Below are positions 24,302 through 36,085 of a stretch of 64,000 nucleotides of DNA, piece after piece. Below the pieces are notes generated by a model, which made no database searches, had not been told where the DNA came from, and saw only the letters and a list, made by a program, of their open reading frames with translations. This DNA comes from Ignisphaera sp. (GTDB lineage Archaea > Thermoproteota > Thermoprotei_A > Sulfolobales > Ignisphaeraceae): the NCBI GenBank assembly GCA_038889075.1, contig JAWAHS010000003.1:113719-177718 (forward strand), read 5' to 3'. Both the position numbers and the translations under genes were made by a program. Each line of letters opens with the position of its first letter. Positions within the stretch are counted from its first letter, which is position 1.

Positions 24302-24448
24302 CTTTAACTAATAACCAACGTACACAAGTACATAGAATTGTATTGCAAAATATTAGATTAATTATTGAATTAAAAATTAATGATTATGCATTTAAAAAAT
24401 AAAGTCGGTAAATAGGTGTGCCAGTCTTTTCAATTACTTCAGATTTCC

Positions 24449-25612
24449 TCATGCTTCTATTAAATTACCAATAAGTGTCTTTAAGAATGATATTCTTTTA
24501 TATATTGGTGGATGAGTTGAGAGCACCTCTTCTAATCCTATAAAAGGCTCTGAAAGCGCATATATGAATAAAGTCTTTATTTTGCTGTCTTCGATCCATC
24601 TCCTTACACCATAACTTCTGTAAAATCTATCCAACGATTCCAGCGCTCCTATCATGGCATATGGTGACGTCACCTTAGCTCCATGTGCATCTGCATAATA
24701 CTCCCTTAATCTAGATAGTGCTAAAACTGCAAGCTGAAGCAGTATACTTACTACTATGAGTATTATACCGATTATGAATAGAATAAGTCCACCTGATCCC
24801 TCCCTTCGTCTGTTACTACCATCAATATAGCTTGACATCATTCCAGCAAACATCATGAATCTTCCAAGGAAATATATAACTGATGGAAATAGCCCAAAGA
24901 TCATAATTATAGCGTTATCTCTGTGTTTATGGTGCCCAAGTTCATGACCTATTATAGCTTCCAATTCCTCTCTACTTCTCACACTTTTTAGTAAACCGCT
25001 TGTTACTGCAACATATCTCCCCATAATAGGAGACGAATATGCAAATGCATTTGGAATCGGCAGTTCAGAGATCATAGCCTTTGGAGGCTCTATGCCAGCT
25101 CTTTTAGAAACTACATCAACTATTTTTTGAAGCTCTGGGTCGTGTTTACATCTATATGAGAAGTTTATTATTGCTGGTGATGTAAGCCATGATATAGATG
25201 ACGGCACTATTGCAAAGAGTACGGCCAGAATTCCCATGTATAATAACATAGATGGTGATATAATAGAACCAATCAGCAGTATTATAAGTATGGTCGCTGC
25301 TATAATTGCTGCTGCTGCTGAAAACATAGATGATCTTAGATGGTCAAGACCAGCAGGAACCCTGCTTCTAATAATCTTTTCAAAACTTATGCCAGCTGTT
25401 ATTAGCGTCACCATCGCGAGGGTATATGCCGCTATATCGATGAGCCACCAATTCCAGAAAAATGGAAAGAGCCCAGCTTCTCTTCCTAGTCCAGGTAGTA
25501 GTACGGATAACAACAGCTGTATGATAGTGAGAGTCACTAGAGCTATAGCTATAAGACTCAATACAATCAGTATCTTGCTACGCATCATTCTACCCTCGTA
25601 CCTAAGATACAA
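24449..25612 (-). CDS. htpX: HtpX-family M48 zinc metalloprotease
   Basis: PNAFA, HELGH, SRLREYYAD, STHPP motifs. Confidence 0.9.
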   Translation of the reverse strand: MYLRYEGRMMRSKILIVLSLIAIALVTLTIIQLLLSVLLPGLGREAGLFPFFWNWWLIDIAAYTLAMVTLITAGISFEKIIRSRVPAGLDHLRSSMFSAAAAIIAATILIILLIGSIISPSMLLYMGILAVLFAIVPSSISWLTSPAIINFSYRCKHDPELQKIVDVVSKRAGIEPPKAMISELPIPNAFAYSSPIMGRYVAVTSGLLKSVRSREELEAIIGHELGHHKHRDNAIIMIFGLFPSVIYFLGRFMMFAGMMSSYIDGSNRRREGSGGLILFIIGIILIVVSILLQLAVLALSRLREYYADAHGAKVTSPYAMIGALESLDRFYRSYGVRRWIEDSKIKTLFIYALSEPFIGLEEVLSTHPPIYKRISFLKTLIGNLIEA

Positions 25613-25728
25613 TTCGTTCAGTGCTTATTAGCTTTTGTAAGCTTGCAACTATCTGTAGCGTCATGCGATTTAAATATAGGTTCTTTTATACTAAAGTGAG
25701 AATAGAACTAAACTTAAGAACTCACTAG

Positions 25729-26010
25729 GTGAAAATATTTATGAGTTTAAGGTGTCTGCAAGACTACATAAGAAAAGAGTATCTAAGTAGAGATAGCTCC
25801 AGAGGACTACATGCAACATTTACATGGCTGGTTGAGGAGGTAGGTGAACTTGCGAATGCGATCTTAAGCAACGATAGAGATAATATTGAAGAAGAGATAG
25901 CCGATGTTATTGCATGGACTCTTAGTGTCGCAAATCTTCTTGACATAGATGTTGTAAAGGCCTTTATTAAAAAGTATGGAGGATCGAAAATCTGCATTGA
26001 AGATAAGTAA
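25729..26010 (+). CDS. MazG-like NTP pyrophosphohydrolase
   Basis: LVEEVGELA...EEEIADV. Confidence 0.88.
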   Translation: MKIFMSLRCLQDYIRKEYLSRDSSRGLHATFTWLVEEVGELANAILSNDRDNIEEEIADVIAWTLSVANLLDIDVVKAFIKKYGGSKICIEDK

Positions 26011-26027
26011 ATATGGAGACATGTTTC

Positions 26028-26957
26028 TCATCTACTTCTACTTCGTAGCCTCCTTAGCAATTCTCTATGTGTCTTAGGTGAAGAATCGGGTCTCCTAGGC
26101 TCTATTACAAGATACTGTACTCCGCTCACAAACCTTCGTATATCACCTTTAATATCATTTATTACCTGCTCTACCTCTGCTAGGCTAAGCTCTGGTTCTA
26201 TCTCAACCTCCATAAAAACAGCATATTTCTGTGGTTCTATCATCAGCGTTTTCACAGTATTAACGTCTCTTATTGCAGGATTTGAAAGTGTTATCTTTAC
26301 AATTCTTGCTATAATCTCTGGTGAAGCCGCTCTATGGACTAGTACATCTATATTTTCCTTAGCTAGCTTAACCATGTATATGGCTAGCATCGTATTCAAA
26401 ATCATTGATGATATTCCATCGATTACATTGCTCCACCTTGATAAAAAAAGTGTTGCCAAAGCTATACCCTCTCCCGTAATATCGTATATGTTCTCTACAA
26501 ATACCGCTTTAAGTAATGGATTTGAATATCCAGCCTCATCTAGGTAGATCTTTGCATCCTTAAATGCGAGTACTGCAGATGTAAGGTCAAATATTATTGC
26601 TATGGATATCAATAGAATTCCGAGCGAAATATTCTCTATGATCTTTGGCCTTAAAAAAGCTTGCAATCCCTCAATGAATCCTATGGTGACTATCGAACCT
26701 AGTGCAATGATAGAAAGTGCAAATCCAAAGACATATAGATACATTTTTCTACTAAATGTATAGTACTCCTCACCACTACTGAGAGCTATACGATTTCCTA
26801 TGTAAGCTAATCCGCTATTTAGAATATCGCTAAAACTTCTAAGAGCTTCGATGAAGAGTGCTGTTGACTTGGTTACTGTAGATGCAACAATTTTCAAGAT
26901 AAAGAGTAGTATATTGAGTAAGAATGATATAAAAACACTTCTAAAATTTAAATCAAT
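26028..26957 (-). CDS. Cation diffusion facilitator family transporter; start extended to probable ATT
   Basis: TM1 SFLLNILLFILKI upstream of the called TTG, EALRSFSD, C-terminal dimerisation domain. Confidence 0.8.
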   Translation of the reverse strand: MDLNFRSVFISFLLNILLFILKIVASTVTKSTALFIEALRSFSDILNSGLAYIGNRIALSSGEEYYTFSRKMYLYVFGFALSIIALGSIVTIGFIEGLQAFLRPKIIENISLGILLISIAIIFDLTSAVLAFKDAKIYLDEAGYSNPLLKAVFVENIYDITGEGIALATLFLSRWSNVIDGISSMILNTMLAIYMVKLAKENIDVLVHRAASPEIIARIVKITLSNPAIRDVNTVKTLMIEPQKYAVFMEVEIEPELSLAEVEQVINDIKGDIRRFVSGVQYLVIEPRRPDSSPKTHRELLRRLRSRSR

Positions 26958-27061
26958 TACTGACCCCTAGGATGCTATACTAAGCTATGCTTATAAGCTT
27001 AGCTAATCTAAGACTCCTCGGTAAACCTCAATCCTTTAAAAACATTTATGGATTTCATCAT

Positions 27062-27916
27062 CTAGTAAATCACAAGCCTATTTAGTAGAAATGCAAACAG
27101 CCCAAGAAAAACAGATATCTTTAGAAGTCTCGTAGCTTTAAAGGCACTATCTGGCAATAGATCTCTCGTTATGTATAGTGAAAACAGTATCGTTAGATCC
27201 ACACCTACTGCAAGTATCAAGTATATAATTGAGTAGCTAAAGAATAGATATGGAATAAAACTTAGTACAACTAATATTATAAAAACTATAACTGCGAGGA
27301 CGTAAGCTTTAAATACACCATATACTGTAGCTAAAGTTCTTATATTCATTATTTTATCGCCTTTGATATCCTCTATTCCTTTTAGAAATTCTCTACCAAC
27401 ATTGAGTAAGAATGCAAATAGCGAAGCAATTATAACATCCATATTTAACATAGACGCTGCACCTCCAAAGATTATGGATAATCCGACAAGAAATGCCACA
27501 ACTATGTTACCCAATAGTAAGACACTTTTAAGTTTGTATGAATACAGATAGACTAAGATGGCTGCACTGAGGGCTATAAATCCATTAGTATATGATAGAT
27601 AAAATGCCATCAAAATACCAACAGTAAGTAGCAGTATAGATACTCTATATGCAGTCGCTGCTGAAATTACCCCTGATGGTATAGGTCTCCAGGGTTTATT
27701 TACAGCATCTACATATCTATCAAAGTAGTCATTTACTATATTCCCACCCGCTCCAAGGCATACCCCCACTATAAATACTACAATCATATCTGAAATACGT
27801 GATCCTCCGCCTAAGATATACCCTATTATAGTACCTATACCTAGTGCAATATCATTACCTATTCTCGCTATACTTAACCACGCCTTAATTGAGTTAGCGA
27901 GTACCATCACTACCAT
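27062..27916 (-). CDS. UbiA-family digeranylgeranylglyceryl phosphate synthase
   Basis: NDYFDRYVDAVNKPWRPIPSG, REFLKGIEDIKGD; next to GGR. Confidence 0.9.
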   Translation of the reverse strand: MVVMVLANSIKAWLSIARIGNDIALGIGTIIGYILGGGSRISDMIVVFIVGVCLGAGGNIVNDYFDRYVDAVNKPWRPIPSGVISAATAYRVSILLLTVGILMAFYLSYTNGFIALSAAILVYLYSYKLKSVLLLGNIVVAFLVGLSIIFGGAASMLNMDVIIASLFAFLLNVGREFLKGIEDIKGDKIMNIRTLATVYGVFKAYVLAVIVFIILVVLSFIPYLFFSYSIIYLILAVGVDLTILFSLYITRDLLPDSAFKATRLLKISVFLGLFAFLLNRLVIY

Positions 27917-27939
27917 TACCTATTCAGCAAATAGATATT

Positions 27940-29295
27940 TTATAGACTTCTATTGATCCATTGCTTGACTTCTGAAAATAGCCTTGCATCTTCATTTCTC
28001 CACCACTCATAGTCTGCAACCTTGGTAGGGAAGTTGATGTATAATTGATACGCTTTATCCATGTATTGTTTAAGTTTATAAAGTTTGCCTATAAATGATG
28101 GTTTTCTTGCTAAAGATAACAGCACTGAAACTCTATCAATTATAGAGTGTGATAGTTCTCCTCTATAACCCATGTTATACACATCTTCTCCAGAAACAAT
28201 TTTGGATTTAAATACATAGTTGAGATCACCATTACTCATCTTCTGTAGGAACATCCGAAGAACGTCGAGCGATGCTTGTTTAGCCCCATAAATTCTATGA
28301 TACCGTGCATGATAGAGCCATAGATTTTCAGTCGATGGTTCTCCCTTTGAAAATGCTTCGACTATAGTCTTGGCAGCAATCATACCACTGATCATTGCTG
28401 ATCCTATACCACCTCCATGAACAGGATTCGCAGTAGCTGCTGCATCACCTATTACCATAAATCCGTTCCATACCATACACGGTATGGGTCTTCTAGTTGG
28501 AACTATTCCTCCTCCTCCATGTAAGACCTTGTGTATTCTATTATAAAATCTCCTTCTTATAAATCTCTCATAATTTATACTCGGATTTACCGCATTATCT
28601 TTCCACTGGATTCCCAACCCAATATTGTATACATCATTTCCCTTTGGAAAAAGCCACCAATATCCTCCCGGGGCTACCTCACTGTTTAAAAATATGTACG
28701 CATATTTCTTCTCTATATCAAAATCTCCTACAACTACTTCTCTATAGGTTACATTATAATCCTCCTTCGGAATCTGCTCTGAGACCCACCATTCCTTAGG
28801 CAGACTCCTCCTAACTACTGCTGGAACCCCACTAGCATCTATAACAATTTTAGAGTAGAATGTTATATTTTTATTATTTTTATCTCTAGCAACGATTCCT
28901 TTTACCCAAGAACCGTCGACTATAGGTTTTACAAATGTACATCCGAGGAAAGCCTCAGCACCACTACTTATAGCCATCTTATATAATCTCACACCAAAAT
29001 TTTTCCTATTTAATGCAACACCTCTACCATTAACGGTGATTATACTACTTTCATCAGGTGAGACAATCTTCACCCCATCATAAAATCCTTCTGCATCAAA
29101 TCCTATTACTGGAGTACCAAGACCCAACTCTATAAAGTGGTGTTCACCAATGGCATCACCACAGGTTTTATCACCTATCTTTTCCTCATCCTTCATTTCA
29201 ATAAATGCTGTTTTGAATCCTGCCTTTGCAACAATATATGATGCATATAACCCTGCAACCCCTCCACCAACAATAGTAACATCATATTGATGCAT
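27940..29295 (-). CDS. Digeranylgeranylglycerophospholipid reductase (GGR)
   Basis: GGGVAG FAD motif, KTCGDA, PGGYWWLFP, GDAA...NPVHGGG. Confidence 0.92.
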   Translation of the reverse strand: MHQYDVTIVGGGVAGLYASYIVAKAGFKTAFIEMKDEEKIGDKTCGDAIGEHHFIELGLGTPVIGFDAEGFYDGVKIVSPDESSIITVNGRGVALNRKNFGVRLYKMAISSGAEAFLGCTFVKPIVDGSWVKGIVARDKNNKNITFYSKIVIDASGVPAVVRRSLPKEWWVSEQIPKEDYNVTYREVVVGDFDIEKKYAYIFLNSEVAPGGYWWLFPKGNDVYNIGLGIQWKDNAVNPSINYERFIRRRFYNRIHKVLHGGGGIVPTRRPIPCMVWNGFMVIGDAAATANPVHGGGIGSAMISGMIAAKTIVEAFSKGEPSTENLWLYHARYHRIYGAKQASLDVLRMFLQKMSNGDLNYVFKSKIVSGEDVYNMGYRGELSHSIIDRVSVLLSLARKPSFIGKLYKLKQYMDKAYQLYINFPTKVADYEWWRNEDARLFSEVKQWINRSL

Positions 29296-29350
29296 GTTTC
29301 GACCCCTACTGTTTTATTTAGTAGAGAGACACTGCTTAATTTAATTTTTA

Positions 29351-29401
29351 TCAGACCTCACGAGGCATATCACCACTCAGCATATCGTGAACTTTCATCA
29401 C
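29351..29401 (-). ncRNA. Box C/D guide sRNA candidate
   Basis: GTGATGA-AAGTTCACGATATG-CTGA-gtg-GTGATA-TGCCTCGTGAGGT-CTGA; intergenic, followed by an AT run. Confidence 0.75.
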
Positions 29402-29491
29402 TTTTACTATAAGCTAGACTAGGTCATGTAGCTAAAATATCTTTAATTTAAATCCGGAATGCTGTCCAATAATATGGATTATTGGTATCAG

Positions 29492-30508
29492 CTACCGTTT
29501 CTTTAAGGAACATATAAAGTACCCTTCCATGCCATGGATATGGGGCCATATCCTTATGCACTTACTTACATCCTTATTAAACTTTAAATCTCTGAATTTT
29601 GTTAGCCCTCTAAACCAAAGATTTAATGAAGGTTCTATTATTTCCATATCCTCTACATGCTCTAGAACCTTCGTTATAACGTATTCGTTTTCCTCGGGGG
29701 CAATGCTACATGTGGTATACACAATAATACCACCAGGCTTTACAAGCTTTAATGCAGAATAGAGTAGCTCGATCTCCCTTTTAACAAGTTTTGCTAATAC
29801 TTGTTGAGGAGTTTTAGTTTTCCTGTTACGATCAAACATTATAGCACCTTCTGCACTACATGGTGCATCTAATAGTATATAATCGAATTTTATATCTATT
29901 TTCTCTGGTAATCTTACAGCATTCTCAGCTAGTACTATATATGATTTGAAACCCATTCTATATAGATTAGATATCAAGGAGGCTCCTCTTCTAAGTGATA
30001 TATCATTTGCTATTACAATACCTCTATCATCTATTAAAAGCAATATATGTACAGTCTTACCACCGGGAGCGGCACACATATCTAGAATGTATGTATTTTG
30101 AGTGGGATTTAACACCAAGGGTGGTATCAGTGACGAGGAGTCTCTATATACATAGTATAGACCTTTTAGAAATTCGTGTGTAGAACCTAGTGATGGAGAT
30201 GAGGGTTGTGATACTACTTTATAACAATATCTACACCATGGAATACTGCTTAATATAAACCCGTGTTCTCTAAGTCTATGAACTAGCCGATCACAGTCTG
30301 TATATATATAATTGCATAGAATTACTGGTGAAAAGTTGAAGTGTTCAAAGGTATTCAACAACTTTTCTGTATCCGTTAATCCTAACATATCAATGTATCT
30401 CTGAACCATATATGGAAGATATCCATACTTCTTAGCTAGGGTAAATGCTTCACTTGAAATGTTCTCTATTTTCAACTCATTAACTATATCAGTGTAAGAA
30501 ATTATCAT
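29492..30508 (-). CDS. NOL1/NOP2/Sun (RsmB-like) RNA m5C methyltransferase
   Basis: DMCAAPGGKT, LLDAPCS, YTTCSIAPEENE. Confidence 0.93.
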   Translation of the reverse strand: MIISYTDIVNELKIENISSEAFTLAKKYGYLPYMVQRYIDMLGLTDTEKLLNTFEHFNFSPVILCNYIYTDCDRLVHRLREHGFILSSIPWCRYCYKVVSQPSSPSLGSTHEFLKGLYYVYRDSSSLIPPLVLNPTQNTYILDMCAAPGGKTVHILLLIDDRGIVIANDISLRRGASLISNLYRMGFKSYIVLAENAVRLPEKIDIKFDYILLDAPCSAEGAIMFDRNRKTKTPQQVLAKLVKREIELLYSALKLVKPGGIIVYTTCSIAPEENEYVITKVLEHVEDMEIIEPSLNLWFRGLTKFRDLKFNKDVSKCIRIWPHIHGMEGYFICSLKKR

Positions 30509-30513
30509 GTAAT

Positions 30514-30563
30514 TCAGCCGCGGGTTCCTTGATCATCTTTTCACACCTTGTAAGCCTCATCAT
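30514..30563 (-). ncRNA. Box C/D guide sRNA predicted to target tRNA-Thr
   Basis: ATGATGA-GGCTTACAAGGT-GTGA-aaag-ATGATCA-AGGAACCCGCGG-CTGA; guides complement the tRNA-Thr anticodon arm and T arm. Confidence 0.8.
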
Positions 30564-30619
30564 CCTTTAATCTGCTCTTAGTATTTAATCCATCTACATA
30601 TGGATAAATGTTGGGGAGC

Positions 30620-32230
<1,611 letters not shown>

Positions 32231-32457
32231 TCACTTTAGCTCCAGTTATCCTTTACATACTTGAAGTACATAGTACTTATTTCTTTAGCAACAGAAAAAT
32301 TTTAACCTTTATACACTAAGAGATGGGTAAAAGTGTTATTACTGCATTAGATGCATAGGAAAAAGCGTGAGTTCAGTAGAAGTGGTAACACCTATTACTA
32401 TATTACATTGTTTAATATCTATGATAAATTAGGAATGGATACAATGTTAGCTACACT

Positions 32458-32493
32458 GATAATACTGTAATCCCATAGGATTACAGTATTATC
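32458..32493. repeat. Perfect 16-bp inverted repeat with 4-nt loop
   Basis: GATAATACTGTAATCC-CATA-GGATTACAGTATTATC. Confidence 0.9.
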
Positions 32494-32549
32494 GAGGCTT
32501 CCCCCTTATTTTTCCAGAACTTTCGAAACATTACTATGGTGTTAAATTA

Positions 32550-32822
32550 ATGGATTTCAGTGTTTTACTACTATTGGGTGTATCAATGCTTGGCATAGCT
32601 ATATTGACAACATTAAATAGTATAAGGAGAGTCCCCCCACAGTTAAATGAATCTGCAGTAACGCAAAATGAATTTAGCACAATTAAAAGAGGTTATGCAT
32701 ATACAGTTGATATGGGGGACTCGCTACTTATTGTTGCTGTAATAGATAAAAACAATGGTAGTGAGATTATGCTTGCACATGAAGATTTGCTAGAGGTAAG
32801 AAATATTGCAGATAGACCTTAA
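32550..32822 (+). CDS. Hypothetical protein with N-terminal membrane anchor
   Basis: Hydrophobic N-terminus; GGTG SD upstream. Confidence 0.55.
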   Translation: MDFSVLLLLGVSMLGIAILTTLNSIRRVPPQLNESAVTQNEFSTIKRGYAYTVDMGDSLLIVAVIDKNNGSEIMLAHEDLLEVRNIADRP

Positions 32823-33555
32823 TAACAGCAAAAAACCGAATTTACTCTTCCTCAACACAACTCTAGTACTTTTCTTCTCATTAAATGCTGTATTATATCT
32901 ACTAGGTAGACTTGCATTAGATGAGTGTGGCATTATTTTTTTGATTCAGGGAATGCTAACTCTAATAGCAATGCTTCTATATCCATATAGGCGATCTTAT
33001 TCAACCTCGATCAGTAAGGCGGTGGTGGCTCTAAATATTCCTATAATAATTAACCTCTCACTATCAAATACACTGTTACTCTACCGTATGTACAATCTCA
33101 ATAGTATTCCTACAGTTTTTCTATTTAATATAGGTCTTATATTTCTCCTTCAGAGTTTTATCGCAAAGTTTAGCAATGCTGATGAAGTTTTTATATACTG
33201 CTCCGGTATCGTCTCTATAATTATTAATATATTAGGCAATCGAATTGAATTAGTTTTTACTGCATTGATTATTGTCATGCTATATTTAAGTAAAGAAATA
33301 TTATGGTACGGTGAATGTATAATTAAAATGCTTATGTTATATAGCATACTAACAGTGTTCCATAGGCTACCTCACATTATCTTCCTTACATCTTCACTTT
33401 TACTATCAAAATCTTATGGCTATTTGGAATCCATACCAGATACATATACGGGTTGCATACCATCATATGGATTTAGATCTCTTATTTACACCATCATATC
33501 CTTTACCTTAATCTCAATAGCCATCAAGTTGGGAATGGAAATCTTTGCTATCTAA
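32806..33555 (+). CDS. Hypothetical multi-pass membrane protein
   Basis: Many hydrophobic segments; SD GAGGT before TTG; overlaps upstream ORF. Confidence 0.55.
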   Translation: MQIDLNNSKKPNLLFLNTTLVLFFSLNAVLYLLGRLALDECGIIFLIQGMLTLIAMLLYPYRRSYSTSISKAVVALNIPIIINLSLSNTLLLYRMYNLNSIPTVFLFNIGLIFLLQSFIAKFSNADEVFIYCSGIVSIIINILGNRIELVFTALIIVMLYLSKEILWYGECIIKMLMLYSILTVFHRLPHIIFLTSSLLLSKSYGYLESIPDTYTGCIPSYGFRSLIYTIISFTLISIAIKLGMEIFAI

Positions 33556-33591
33556 TTCCATAAATACATGTGTTAACAAATGCCATGTAGT

Positions 33592-33861
33592 TTAAAAATC
33601 TACTTTAAAACCTTCTTCGCGACTCCATATCACAGTTCCTTTTATATCCTCTATCATCACAACTCGGTGTATGGGTATGACTACTGTGTCGAATCCATTA
33701 GTAACATACACATAATAATTATCTACAGAATGGATGCTTTTAAATGGAATTCTTTTAAAACCACTTACATTTAGTCTATCAACTACAACTAGATAGTAGT
33801 TTTCAAGTACATTACGATATTTCCACAAAATCTTATTTATAGCATCCTTTATTCTCATCAT
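33592..33861 (-). CDS. DUF504/MJ1316-like RNA repair domain protein
   Basis: IKDAINKILW...IPIHRVVMI...GTVIWSR. Confidence 0.8.
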   Translation of the reverse strand: MMRIKDAINKILWKYRNVLENYYLVVVDRLNVSGFKRIPFKSIHSVDNYYVYVTNGFDTVVIPIHRVVMIEDIKGTVIWSREEGFKVDF

Positions 33862-34108
33862 ATCACATTCAAAGGATTGTTTGAATTGCTCCAGAGCTTA
33901 AAGTGCATAAGAACTTTATTAACTTATTTATGTTAATTTTCATAGGCACACTTGTATTACAAATTATAATAAATTAGAATAGATAATTAGAGGCAGTATT
34001 CCATATACCTTAATTCTGAGTATCTGAGTAATAGGAGTAGTAAGATTAATATTGATAATTCTAGCAATATATTAAAAACCCATACTAAAATTATTTCCCT
34101 AGGTTGGG

Positions 34109-36085
34109 GTGTTCAAAATGCTAGACTATAAGGTACTTCGCATAGACGTTGGTACAGGAAACTGGAGTAGTGAATCATACAAAGTATCTGAAGTATTGGG
34201 ACCTATAGATGCTGGAGTCGTTATACATGAGAAATTGCAGTCGTGGAATAAGGATATATTTGACCCCTCTAATGCGGTAGTTATAGGCTCAGGTATTTTC
34301 GCAGGTAGTAAGCTATTTGGTAGCCATAGACTAGTAGCAGTTTTCAGAAGTCCTGAAACTAAAGGATTGCATGTATCTGCTATGGGAGGAGCTGCCTATA
34401 GATTCATCGGTTGTGGAGTCCATGCTATATCAATTGAAGGTCGGGGCAAAAAACCAGCAATAATTATTGTTAAAGGTAGTGATCAGGGGGTAGAAAACGT
34501 AGAAATAAGGTATTTGGATTACGAAGAACTGGAAAAGATATACAATGGTTATAAGGGTAAGATAGGTGCATACGCATTAATAGAATACATATTGGATAAC
34601 TATCGAGATATTATATCAACCTTGAAAGCTAGACCCATAGTTGTTGGACCTGCATCTTGGAAAAGCATCTACGGTGCACTTATTTCCATAGACATAAACT
34701 TTAACAAGATGAGTATAGTTGAAGGTAGTGAAGATTTTGCAGCGAGAGGCGGCGGTGGCTCTGTCCTTGCACAGGCTCACAATGTTGTTGCAATCATTGC
34801 TGGGGGAAGCTATAAGCCACAACTACCTACATCATTTACAGATGCAACAAAATTGTACAGTTCTCTAGCTACATTACTTGGAAAGGATTATGCTTCATCT
34901 GTAAATGAGGCTACCATAAAATATCGGTTTGATCCAAAAATTGGCGTTGGTGGTACATTTGGTGTAAACTACCCACACTATAGGGAATTGCTACCTCTAT
35001 TTAATTATAATAGCATCTATATATCAAGACTGATTAGAAGAAAGATTGTAGATATACTGTTAGAGAATTTCTGGAAACCATTCAAGAATGAGGTATCCAA
35101 TCCAAAAACCTGGACAACATGCGGTGAACCATGTCCAGCAGCATGCAAGAAGATATGGCTTGGTAAGAAGGCGGATTATGAACCATTCAACGGACTAGGC
35201 CCCATGATAGGTGTAATGAAAATAGAGCTTGCTGCAAAACTCGTTGATTTGGCTGACCAATTAGGTTACGATGCGATAGCAATAGGACATGTAGTTGCAT
35301 GGCTTCTTGAAGCCGTATACCGAGGTCTCCTCACGCCTGAGGAAATAGGATTAGATCGTAAGCCCACCTTAGATCCTATGCTTATGAATGTAGAAGAATG
35401 GGCTAAGAATGCAGAATTAGCTGAGAAAATATTGCAGAATCTAGTATATGGATCATCAAACGTCCTAAAAGTTGTGGCATCAAAAGGTGTACGTGCTGCT
35501 TCTAAATATTTAGATGAAATGTATGCTGAAAGAATTAAGAAGATCGGTATGAGATTCGAAGATCTAATAGTATATCAGCCGTATGGAGATTCCGGATATA
35601 TGACTCCAAACTATTACTGGACTCCTGGATTACTATTACCTATCCCCATAACAGGAAAATATTGGACTAACTATACATCAACCTTTACAGAACCTGAAGA
35701 ATTTGCTAAAACAGTTGTAATCAGAATCATAAAAGAATATTCCATTGAAAACGCTGGAATGTGTAGATTCCATAGAGGATGGGCTGAAAAAATCTTGAAT
35801 AAACTATATGAATTACTAGGTATAAACGTTGATATCGATCACCACTCAAAAGAAATGTACAGAAGAATTGCATTGTATAATATCAAAGCTGGTGCCAAAC
35901 CAAAATTGCTAGAAAGTGCGAGGGCAAAGGATGTTATAGTAACATTAGCTTATGAATTCAATGTAACTGAATGGAATAAGAGGTTCCTAGAGAAATACGA
36001 TGAAACGCTGAAAGAGTGGATAAATAGAGTTGCAAAGGTAATAGTGGAACAGCTCAACTTGCCATCAGATTGGCTCGAAGAATAA
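34109..36085 (+). CDS. gor: Tungsten aldehyde:ferredoxin oxidoreductase, GAPOR type
   Basis: GSHRL, SAMGGA, AARGGGGS, CGEPCPAACKK, DYEPF, CRFHRGW; 658 aa. Confidence 0.85.
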   Translation: MFKMLDYKVLRIDVGTGNWSSESYKVSEVLGPIDAGVVIHEKLQSWNKDIFDPSNAVVIGSGIFAGSKLFGSHRLVAVFRSPETKGLHVSAMGGAAYRFIGCGVHAISIEGRGKKPAIIIVKGSDQGVENVEIRYLDYEELEKIYNGYKGKIGAYALIEYILDNYRDIISTLKARPIVVGPASWKSIYGALISIDINFNKMSIVEGSEDFAARGGGGSVLAQAHNVVAIIAGGSYKPQLPTSFTDATKLYSSLATLLGKDYASSVNEATIKYRFDPKIGVGGTFGVNYPHYRELLPLFNYNSIYISRLIRRKIVDILLENFWKPFKNEVSNPKTWTTCGEPCPAACKKIWLGKKADYEPFNGLGPMIGVMKIELAAKLVDLADQLGYDAIAIGHVVAWLLEAVYRGLLTPEEIGLDRKPTLDPMLMNVEEWAKNAELAEKILQNLVYGSSNVLKVVASKGVRAASKYLDEMYAERIKKIGMRFEDLIVYQPYGDSGYMTPNYYWTPGLLLPIPITGKYWTNYTSTFTEPEEFAKTVVIRIIKEYSIENAGMCRFHRGWAEKILNKLYELLGINVDIDHHSKEMYRRIALYNIKAGAKPKLLESARAKDVIVTLAYEFNVTEWNKRFLEKYDETLKEWINRVAKVIVEQLNLPSDWLEE

